DNA of 42,211 nt from Octopus bimaculoides (Eukaryota), in the NCBI RefSeq assembly GCF_001194135.2, contig NC_068990.1, positions 79,351,623 through 79,393,833 on the forward strand, given 5' to 3'. The notes under the pieces are model-generated. The model ran no database searches. It saw nothing but the letters and a program-made list of their open reading frames with translations, and was not told the DNA's origin. Below are positions 34,246 to 42,211 of this stretch, one piece after another (within the stretch, counting starts at the first letter, position 1; each line of letters begins with the position of its first letter). A program made the position numbers and the translations under genes.

Positions 34246-35989
34246 TTGCCTTTCATCCTTTAGGGGTTGGTAATAAAATAAGCACCAGTTGAGCACTGGG
34301 GTCAATCTAATAGACTTACCCCACCCCCAGACTTACTGACCCTGTGCCAAAATTTGATACCACCCTCATCATCATCATCATCATTGGCAGTGTTAGCTAT
34401 AGCCTAGTCACCCGTATTACGAACCAGGTGATAGACGAAGGAGTCNNNNNNNNNNTTATTATTATTTCAGATAAACACAGTCAGGGTTTATCAATTTGTG
34501 TTATGGAATATTTGAATCTTCTTTATTTCAGTGACCTTCCGTAACCTCTGTTTGCCGGACGATGTGTGTCTTAGTCATGGTTGAGTGATCCCTTGTAATG
34601 TTTTTGGTTTCTTTGCAGGTTATGGCACTTGGTAATCAAGTTGGTCGGCTGTTTGTATGGGACATGGATGTGGATGACCCTACAATGTCCAGGTAAATAA
34701 TGCCATGTCCGACTACTTTTTTGGGGGACCCTGTTATCATTATTGAGGAGGATGACAATGATGACCATTGTCATCTCAAAAGTGTTATTGTCAGGGATCA
34801 GATGGTGAGTTCGACATTCTCAAAGATGGAGACCCCAGTTTCTGTCAGTTTCTTCATCTGTCCTTGGTGCATAGAATGTGCCAGGCTTCTAACTGGCACT
34901 TTGTTGGTTACAAGTCAAGGGTTTCAGTTGATCCGATCAACAGAACAGCCTGTTCATGAAGTTAACATGCAAGTGGCTGAGTACCCCACAGACACTCATA
35001 CCCTTAACAGAGTTTGACAAGACTGGCCCCTTTTGAATTTGCAGGTACTACTCACTTTTGTCAGCTGAGTGGTCTGGAGCAGTGTGAAATAAAGTGTCTT
35101 GCTGAAGGACACAACACACTGCCAGGAATCGAACTCCCGATCTTATGATCATGAGCTGAATACTCTTAACCATTAAGTCATATGCCTTCACATGCCATGG
35201 TTAAGGTCACCATGGAATACATGTGACCAATGCGTTAATTCTAACCCTACAATTATTTCTATACCTAAAGACATGGTTCAATATTATAATGATAATAAGG
35301 AAGTGATTAGAAATCTATTGAACCATGCAGAATGTAGATGAGTTGGGTGGGCGGTATGTTTATTTGATATTTCAGTCTTAAAATATTCAAAATATTGAAA
35401 ATGAAATGTTAAACAACAGGTGAACTATTTCTAAACCCTGGGGTTACCAACTGACCATCTGAAGGGAAGACAAGCAGAAATGGTATTAGAATTAGAGAAC
35501 TTTTGACTTGTAAGATGTGACTGTAAGCGCTTAATAGCGACCAGTTTTTCAAGACGTGATCCGTTGACATATTTAACACCACCTTTTGGTCCTTCCGTGC
35601 CTTTAGTGGGGCCCAGTCTGTTACAAGCGTTTAGTCCAGGTTTCTGCCCTGAAAGTGAGTTGCTTGTTGTGTTTGAACATCTTTCAATGCTACGAAGACC
35701 CTTTTAAGACCCTTTCCTACCTCAACCTTACAGATGCCTTGCAAACATGATAATTCCTCTTCTTCTTCTGACCAAATCATAACAATGAATTTACCCACCA
35801 GACTTAGTGACTTTTTGTCTTCATTCTCCTACAAAATGTTTCTTTTTCCCATTCTTTCTCAGGTGCACTGTTCTGATAAACAGTAAATGTTCAACAGCGA
35901 TACGACAGACTGCGTTTAGTCGTGATGGCAGCATCCTTCTCTCTGTTTGTGACGACGGCACAATATGGCGCTGGGACCGGGTGAAATAG
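19764..35989 (+). CDS. EED: Polycomb protein EED/esc (PRC2 WD40 subunit), spliced, 12 exons, 428 aa
   Basis: join(19764..19850,23929..24075,24847..24939,26574..26639,27890..28015,28938..29019,30656..30747,31376..31509,32147..32252,33747..33899,34619..34692,35863..35989) = 1287 nt, open to TAG. All introns GT-AG with matching phases. Translation has diagnostic EED motifs [99 protein letters not shown]. Confidence 0.97.
20475..20612 (-). mobile_element. SINE family B, 3' part (EED intron 1)
   Basis: Homology to other family B copies. Confidence 0.7.
20805..20985 (-). mobile_element. SINE family B (EED intron 1)
   Basis: Close homology to 6878-7055 and 41150-41337. Confidence 0.8.
21800..22010 (-). 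mobile_element. Degraded RTE-type LINE coding remnant
   Basis: [16 protein letters not shown] resembles the RTE post-RT motif ExxMLRWMxxV. Confidence 0.5.
22295..22770. mobile_element. Two RTE-tail elements, tail to tail (22295-22475 +, 22492-22770 -)
   Basis: Both carry the GGAAGGGCATCCAGC module and a (GAT/CAT)n tail like 6188. Confidence 0.75.
23092..23149. repeat. 29-bp tandem duplication
   Basis: ACCTATGATGGACCAGTACCCTAGT(T/C)AGG x2, one mismatch. Confidence 0.9.
23929..24075 (+). CDS. EED: EED exon 2 (DDMSSTTS...[13 protein letters not shown])
   Basis: Polypyrimidine tract + CAG acceptor, GTAAGT donor, 147 nt. The basic stretch before the first WD40 blade is as in EED. Confidence 0.92.
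24847..24939 (+). CDS. EED: EED exon 3 ([31 protein letters not shown])
   Basis: CAG acceptor, GTAAGG donor, 93 nt, strong EED motif. Confidence 0.97.
25705..26050. mobile_element. Two SINE family A heads in inverted orientation (25705-25860 +, 25928-26050 -)
   Basis: Both match the family A 5' half, separated by AT/CT/AC microsatellite. Confidence 0.75.
26122..26329. repeat. ~100-bp-arm fold-back inverted duplication of a SINE A 3' half
   Basis: Centre ACACAAATG|CATTTGTGT (26221/26222), six mismatches plus a (GT)n bulge. The right arm continues as SINE tail to ~26452. Confidence 0.95.
26574..26639 (+). CDS. EED: EED exon 4 ([22 protein letters not shown])
   Basis: CAG acceptor, 66 nt, followed by U12-type donor GTATCCTTT. 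Confidence 0.96.
26640..27889 (+). other. U12-type (minor spliceosome) GT-AG intron, EED intron 4
   Basis: 5' site GTATCCTTT, branch motif TCCTTAAT at 27873-27880 about 10 nt before the AG (27888-27889), no polypyrimidine tract. The other 10 donors are U2-like. Confidence 0.9.
26799..27015. mobile_element. Probable piggyBac-type MITE remnant in intron 4
   Basis: TTAA followed by CCTTTTAGCATT at the left end. The right end AATGTTAGA is a degraded inverted counterpart. Confidence 0.4.
27890..28015 (+). CDS. EED: EED exon 5 ([10 protein letters not shown]...SPVSMQCIK)
   Basis: AAG acceptor preceded by TCCTTAAT branch motif, GTAAAC donor, 126 nt, in frame. Confidence 0.95.
28053..28235 (+). mobile_element. 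SINE family B (intron 5)
   Basis: Head AAGGTGGTGAGCTGGCAGAATCG and shared body. Confidence 0.8.
28938..29019 (+). CDS. EED: EED exon 6 ([27 protein letters not shown])
   Basis: tttcAG acceptor, GTAAGC donor, 82 nt, phase 1 end. Confidence 0.97.
29354..29607. mobile_element. hAT (Charlie-like) MITE
   Basis: Termini CAGTTGTTCTCAACC / GGTTAAGAACCACTG, degenerate 8-bp TSD AATTAGAC / GGTTAGAC. Confidence 0.7.
30656..30747 (+). CDS. EED: EED exon 7 ([31 protein letters not shown])
   Basis: cttAG acceptor, GTGAGT donor, 92 nt. Confidence 0.97.
31376..31509 (+). CDS. EED: EED exon 8 ([21 protein letters not shown]...STKNNR)
   Basis: tttcAG acceptor, GTAATG donor, 134 nt, phase 2 end. Confidence 0.97.
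32147..32252 (+). CDS. EED: EED exon 9 ([35 protein letters not shown])
   Basis: ttctAG acceptor, GTAACC donor, 106 nt. Confidence 0.97.
33747..33899 (+). CDS. EED: EED exon 10 ([12 protein letters not shown]...[15 protein letters not shown])
   Basis: tttcAG acceptor, GTGGGT donor, 153 nt. Confidence 0.97.
34619..34692 (+). CDS. EED: EED exon 11 ([25 protein letters not shown])
   Basis: ttgcAG acceptor, GTAAAT donor, 74 nt, phase 2 end. Confidence 0.97.
34887..35190 (-). mobile_element. SINE family C (intron 11)
   Basis: tRNA-like head at the 35190 end (GGGAGTTCGATTCC B box), body homologous to 3405-3588. Confidence 0.75.
35863..35989 (+). CDS. EED: EED exon 12, terminal ([41 protein letters not shown])
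   Basis: tctcAG acceptor, TAG stop at 35987-35989. Confidence 0.97.
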
Positions 35990-36276
35990 GAAACTCCATC
36001 AAATGTTTCTACTCCATCACATCCATCCATTTCTCTCTCCCCTTCTCAACCTTTTTCTCTCATACTTCACCTTCTCTCTCTCTCTCCCCACCCACCATCA
36101 ACAGTGTGCCTGCAATAATGTCCACTGCCAGATATCTCTACAAAATAACTGACACATTTCACTATTTCACTTTCAAACTGATTGAATGCATTTTTTCTTT
36201 TTTTTAAAAAAAAGGAGTATAACCCTTCTTAACTAATGTCTTTGTTTCTTTCATTATTATTATTATTATTATTATT

Positions 36277-36831
36277 GAGTGAGAGAGCAGTGCATGCCAT
36301 CAAAGTGACACTGGGGTAAAATATACGAAGCCCAATATACCCATCATGACTACCTGTCTGATAAGGGTACACCAGGTACATGCATCACAACTATATGTAT
36401 GCGACATGGTGATCTCATATCAAAATAAACAGTGCATGACCTCGCAGGTGGGGCCCAGTTAGAATCTTCTTCAGGTCGAGTAGCCCATCCTGCTCAAAAG
36501 GTCCCTGAATAAGGTTCGTTTAAGGATGTTGAGCAAAACACCCATGTTTCCAAAGGTGAATTATTCAAACCCCAAAGAATTCCTCTCAACACGTGGCTAT
36601 GATGCTCCCCCACTACTTCTGCTCATGATCAGAGATGCACATATTGTCAGCCACCAAGGGACATGCTCAACTGATTAAGGTCAAATAACTGACAAGCAAA
36701 TCTGTGGTATTAAGCAGAATATTTGTTGTAGCCCATCTTTTTATACCAAGACAAAACAATGTACATGATAACACTTCCAATCAATTAAGATCAGAATCCA
36801 TGAGAGCCACTGCCTGGTACAGCATCCGGGC

Positions 36832-36835
<4 letters not shown>
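36277..36835. mobile_element. ~560-bp unclassified repeat-like segment embedded in (ATT)n
   Basis: Sharp boundaries, with (ATT)8 at 36253-36276 and ~(ATT)20 at 36836-36896. No ORF or TIR seen, single copy in this window. Confidence 0.45.
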
Positions 36836-36877
<42 letters not shown>

Positions 36878-36896
36878 GTTATTATTATTATTATTA

Positions 36897-37110
36897 AGGT
36901 GGTGAACTGGCTGAATTGTTAGCATGCCGGACAAACTGCTTAGCAGCATTTTATCCATCTTTACATTGTGAGTTCAAATTCCACTGAGATTGACTTTGCC
37001 TTTCATCTTTTCAGGGTCGATAAATTAAGTACCAGCTGAATACTGGGGTCGATGTCATTGACTTACCACCCCCTCCCCCCAAATTTCAGGCCTTGTGCCT
37101 TTATTAAGGA
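36897..37110 (+). mobile_element. SINE family B
   Basis: Near full-length match to the 9469 and 28053 copies. Confidence 0.8.
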
Positions 37111-38094
37111 AGCAGAGTGGCAGAAAATGGAGTGCTTTGTTGTATTTAAGTTATATCTTTTATGTTCTGAGTTCAGATCCTCTGTTCATCCTTCTGGGGT
37201 TTATGAAATAATATACCAGTCATATATTAAGCTCAGTTTTAGTTGGCACCCCTACCACCTCTACAAACACTACCCTCATCCCTTCATTCATAATTGTGAA
37301 CCTTTGGTCAAGATCAGGAATTTCCTTTCATTCTTGGAGCAAGTTCACTTCATAAACATTGCAACTTGTGATTCTGTTTCCTAAACTCTGCTTGCTGTGT
37401 ACACCTGTTAGAAAAAATTGTAATTAATATCCCACAGGTGCAATAGAGGTATATTGTTGACCCACTGGCAGAATCCTTTCAATGAAGGACTAAATACCAT
37501 GTAGTCTTTTAGTTCTATCCTCATACATCAGGTGGGGAGGGGTGTCAAATATCTCCAGAGACAACTGTGTCTTAAATTGGGGGAATAATTTGGTGGACTT
37601 CTATAAATTTCAGTCTTATTTTATTATTAGCATCTCTCATCTAAAAAATAACTTATTTTAATATAAATATTTTGATATGCGTGTTAAGTTTTGTNNNNNN
37701 NNNNNNNNNNNNNNNNNNNNNNNNNNNNNNNNNNNNNNNNNNNNNNNNNNNNNNNNNNNNNNNNNNNNNNNNNNNNNNNNNNNNNNNNNNNNNNNNNNNN
37801 NNNNNNNNNNNNNNNNNNNNNNNNNNNNNNNNNNNNNGGGGGGGGGGGCAGATGGAGATTGCAGAAACTTGTGAACTATATTTTTAATATATCAAGAAAA
37901 CTATTTTCATCATCTAAAAAAAAAACAAAAAAATAAAAAACTGTAATTACATTTTAAATTCAGTTTCACTGCAACAATTATTGTAGTGGAATTGTTCTTG
38001 GGCCTGGTTTGTGCAACATTAATTTTTGACACCTCAAAAAATATGGCAAATTTAACAGTTCTAATGCATTTTGAAATGGTCATTCTACAACATA

Positions 38095-38256
38095 CCATAT
38101 TTTAATGTGTATAAGGAACCCCCTAATTCTGAGGGCCTAAAATTTGGAAAAAAAGGTTTTGTAAGGGATTATAATACTATCCATGTATAAGAAACTCCCA
38201 TATTTTTTAACCTAATTTTTGACAAAAAAGGATTCCTTATACACGTTAGAATATGG
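38095..38256. mobile_element. Tc1/mariner-type MITE with TA TSD
   Basis: TA|CCATATTTTAATGTGTATAAGGAACC ... GGATTCCTTATACACGTTAGAATATGG|TA. Confidence 0.75.
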
Positions 38257-38494
38257 TAATTGCTTTGTTTTTAATACACAATCTCAGATCTAGTCACAGC
38301 ATGAATAAATGTGTATGAGAAAACAATCGAATGAATGATAACTGCAGTTGTCTCCCTTTTTGCGCTGTGGACTTTGTTTTTGATCCTTTACCAAAAGAAG
38401 TAAGAAAGGGCTGGGATTGGTCAAACTGACCTCAACATGACCTGGTGGTAGTACAGCTGGAAAAGTGTGTCTTTGATGATGATGATATAAAACA

Positions 38495-38660
38495 CAGACG
38501 TGGCTGTGTGGTAAGAGGTTTACTCTCCAACCGTATGGTTCCAGGTTCAATCCTACTGCATGGCACTGTGGGCAAGTGCCTTCTCTTACAGCTCTGGGCA
38601 GAGCTAAACCTTGAGTGAATTTTGTAGTCAGAAACTGAAAGAAGGTTGGTGTATATGTGT
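38495..38660 (+). mobile_element. SINE family A 5' half
   Basis: GTGGCTGTGTGGTAAG head and GGTTCAATCC B box. Confidence 0.7.
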
Positions 38661-38958
38661 GTTGTGTGTTACTTTCTCGGTTTGACATCACATGAGTTTT
38701 AAATGAATCACCATCGTGTAAGCAGTGGAAACGTGTCTGGTAATGGAGAAAAATTATCTTGTTGAGCATCTGGCTGTAGAAATTCTCCACCTCAACAATA
38801 TTCTGTCCAACCCATGTAAGCAAGTGGGCATTAAAACAATGATAAAAATTATGTGTGTGTGTATATCATCATCATCGTTTAATGTCCGCTTTCCATGCTA
38901 GTATGATATATGTACTTGTGCCGGTGGCATGTGAAAAAGCATTCGAGCGAAGTCGTTG

Positions 38959-38990
38959 CCTAACCCTAACCCTAACCCTAACCCTAACCC
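38959..38990. repeat. Interstitial telomeric repeat (TAACCC)5
   Basis: Five perfect units at 38961-38990 preceded by CC. Confidence 0.95.
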
Positions 38991-40599
38991 AATAGGATTA
39001 TGTTCCCTAAAGATCAACTGATGGTGGGGGACGAATCTGGTTTAAGATTAAAAGACGTTTTTACAAAGAGCAGACGTGAAATGCTGTAGGAGTTCAGACG
39101 AGTGTTTCAACAACTATGATAAGTTTAAGCAATCAAAGAAGAGAAACAAAAGTACATCCTGTTGGTTGCCATAGAAAAAGAATCACAAACACAAATAAAA
39201 GAGGTCTCTTTGCAGTTTCGCGTAAGAGTTTTAGAAATATGATGGCAACAAAGAAACTTCAACCGAGCTGTTGGGGGTATATACCAAATTAATTACATGT
39301 GATATGAAATAATATCAATAATAGGAGTTCCTACATGTGATATGAAATAATAGGAGTTCCTACATGTGATATGAAATAAGGTGAAGATGGAATTTGTTGG
39401 TCAAAGAGGAATTGTCATTGGTCTTGGAATGAGATTGAGATACGAATTAGAGCACGAAAGTTGGAGAGTGTCTCAACATTATAGGACATATCCTCGAAGA
39501 AGATCCAGAACAAGCTGTTTCTCAGTAGCAGAGGTGCTTAGTGGAAACAAAGTGGGGCCATGACCTTAGATGGGGTGGGATCAGTTCTGGCGAAATAATT
39601 TCGATTCTTTTATATTTTCCAAAACTATTTGGTTAAATTGAAAAGCCACAGTTATAGAGTCTAAAACCTTCATGAAGAATTTGCAAAATAACATAAATTG
39701 TGTCTGAAAGTTGTGGCATTGTGGACGGCTGCCTGAAAGGAATCTCGCATGAACTGGTTAATCTGAAGAAATGGCAAACAGACTTTAACTTGATCCATGC
39801 TTACCATAATTGGGGATATTTCCATAAACGGGAGTCGCAAATTCGTCAGAGAATGAAAAAGTGGACGAGAAGCAGAAACTGAATTGGGTTGCATCACAAA
39901 ACTTGCATAAACTCGTGTGATTCAGACCAAACTTTACCATTAAAAAAATCAATAATAGGAGTTCCTACGCTGTCACTGATCATTGCAGAAATAGCACCCA
40001 AGTTTCCCTTAATTCACAACTATCTTAAGAAAAAGGAAAGGCCATATTAGATCATTTAGCCCCCAGAATCCATCAAAGAGTCATATTACCACAGTTGGAA
40101 TCCGTTTGACTACATGACTTTACGATTACAATAACAACAACCATAGAATTTAAATAGAGACTCTGACGAATGCTTGTTACGTAAGGGCGGCCACAATGTC
40201 GGTGAAGTCGGCCAGAATCGAACCTCCCTTCACGTTATAGATCTACAAGTTCAATGCCCAACTCACACAACCAATTTCTATTTTGTTCCATGCTTGGTTT
40301 ATTTCATCAGCCTCACCTGTTATTTCTGAACATTTTTATTGTCAAGGTTTATTTTTTTAAAGTGAAGTCTACTTAATGCACCCCCACCCCCTACTTTATG
40401 TCCTCTGATACACAAGATGGAGTCTGAGCTGATGAGATAACAATTACTTCAATCATTTTGGAATAAATGTTGGGGATTCTCTGGGAAAGTAAGAAATGAC
40501 AACATGGCTGACAGTTGCTGTGAACAGCTGAGTCTCCCGTGAACGGTGAGCCTTTGATATAATATACATGGACATGATGACCGCAGCTCGATTTCAGGA

Positions 40600-40690
40600 A
40601 ACGCCACTGCTTCGTTGTTCTCTTAAAGCAGCACGAATGTGACTTTTGAGTTCTGCTTTGGATCTACAATTCTTGGCACAGATGTAGCAA
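40600..40690 (-). mobile_element. Possible RTE C-terminal zinc-finger remnant
   Basis: YICAKNCRSKAELKSHIR resembles the RTE terminal CxxCxxxCxSxxGLxSHxR motif. Short. Confidence 0.35.
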
Positions 40691-41149
40691 CGATGGACGC
40701 TTCTTGCAGCAGGTGTTCAGAGAGCTAAATACAAAATACAAAAAATACAAAATTTGATAGAAGTTTCTGTAAAATTAACTTTTAAAGCTAGAGTGGCTAC
40801 GGGAGTCCACCAAAATAAAAGAGAACTCAAAGGGATCCATAAGCAAAGAAAAACTGAGAACTGCTGGTCGTCATCACTGGATACAAAGAAAGTCACAGGC
40901 GTTACATCAAGGATGTCGTTTCCCCAGGGAGAATGCCTAAACAATGATCAGGGGTCTCTCACTACCAGCTGTTAGATGGTCGTTGGTTCTACTGAGTTCA
41001 TACACACATATTCTCTCTCTCTCACACACACACATACTGACACATATGTATATGCAAATATACACACACACAAGACTGAGTGAAGAAACGAAAGAAAGTA
41101 GCATACAACACATTTGACAGGCGTCACATATATTAGTTTCAAATCTTGC

Positions 41150-41337
41150 CACCAGGACAGAAATTTCTGAGGATGGTGTAAGCCGATTACATCGACCCCC
41201 AATGCTTTACTGGTACTTATTTTATCGACCGAGAAAGAGATGAAAAGGAAAGTCGACTTTGGCAGAATTTGAATTTAGAACGTAAAAACGGATGAAATAA
41301 ACATTTTTCCCGGTGCGTTAACAATTCTGCCAGCTTA
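41150..41337 (-). mobile_element. SINE family B
   Basis: Homology to 20805-20985. Confidence 0.8.
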
Positions 41338-41366
41338 ATGACTTAGGAATTACATGTATTATTTAA

Positions 41367-41761
41367 CATGGCTTATAATCATTCAAAAGAAAAGTAAAAA
41401 AATGGAGATATAGCATTTAATAAAAATTTATTATCTGCAAAAATCAGTCACTTACAGCTGTTTCAATTAAGCCTAAAAGATTAAAATAACAATTATTAAA
41501 GCCATTATATTAGGCATCTATTATATTATCATCTGCTGCGATGATTCTAAAATTCAACACCTAAAAACCTAACAATATATCTGTTTTCTACTCCTCTGAT
41601 GAGATTTTGCCTAGTATAATGGCTTTAATAATTGCTATTTTAATCTTTTAGGCTTAATTGAAACAGCTGTAAGTGACTGTCTGATTTTTGCAGATGATAA
41701 CTTTTTATTAAATGCTATATCCCCATTTTCTTACTCTTCTTTTGAATGATTATAAACCATG
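41367..41761. mobile_element. Fold-back element with ~150-bp inverted arms
   Basis: Arms 41367-41516 and 41608-41761 about 90 percent complementary by eye, 91-bp spacer. Confidence 0.9.
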
Positions 41762-42211
41762 GTTTATATATAAACATATTATTTTATGAATATTATTATT
41801 ATTCACAATAAATATTAAATATCGGACCAGTAATTCATTGGATGTTACTATCACTTAATGAGGCTAATTTAACCTCTAATTGAATATATATATATATATA
41901 TTCCTTCACAACATTCTCACACATCTGTCTTGTATAACAAGTTTTCTGAAATAACTTAGTATTTTAAATTCAGTTCTCTTTGAAGAGGTGGATGCTCATT
42001 TTACCATGTTGAGATTAGATATGTCTGCAAAGCAATTATTTATGATATACTCCATTACAATATAACACTGTGTAACACGGTTTTTTATCCTTGGGTAGGA
42101 GCTGTTATTTCCTATTTGCTTACCCCAACAAAGTATGAAAAATGGCTAATATTACCTTCAAACTTTGCTTTTGTTATGTTTATTCAAACTTCAAAGAATC
42201 CCTCTCAACAC

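Noticed and set aside
39294-39380. Short direct repeats that superficially resemble a CRISPR array
   Set aside because: Eukaryotic context, no unique spacers, and explained by local templated duplication.
40195-40275. tRNA-like B box (GGTTCGATTC) on the minus strand
   Set aside because: No acceptor or anticodon stem can be formed. Probably a decayed SINE head.

Overview
AT-rich, repeat-dense animal genomic DNA with 7 assembly gaps. The SINE/LINE content, (TTAGGG)n repeats and protein sequence point to a cephalopod, probably Octopus (inference). The one intact protein-coding gene is EED/esc, the WD40 subunit of PRC2: + strand, 12 exons, 19764-35989, 1287 nt CDS, 428 aa, all GT-AG junctions, phases consistent. 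Its intron 4 has the hallmarks of a minor-spliceosome (U12) intron, and its promoter has adjacent E2F, E-box and Inr-like motifs. About 6-10 kb upstream lies a cluster of five tRNA genes (Asp-GTC, three Leu-CAG, Asn-GTT). The rest is tRNA-derived SINEs, LINE remnants (RTE, R4/Dong-like, HERO-like, gag-like ORF1), a Helitron helicase remnant, MITEs, two short interstitial telomeric tracts and microsatellites. The most notable signals are: (1) the U12 intron, which also has a second, better-consensus branch motif that could feed a poison 3' splice site; (2) a ~100-bp zero-loop fold-back with three A-C mismatches 245 nt upstream of exon 4, a candidate ADAR substrate; (3) a nest of 8-bp-TSD, GG-ended MITEs whose empty site is present in the window, two of which share a core but have different TIRs and one of which carries telomeric repeats. 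I found no evidence for a wholly new protein-coding system. Nearly all ORFs in the supplied track are artefacts of microsatellites, N-gaps or antisense repeat reading.
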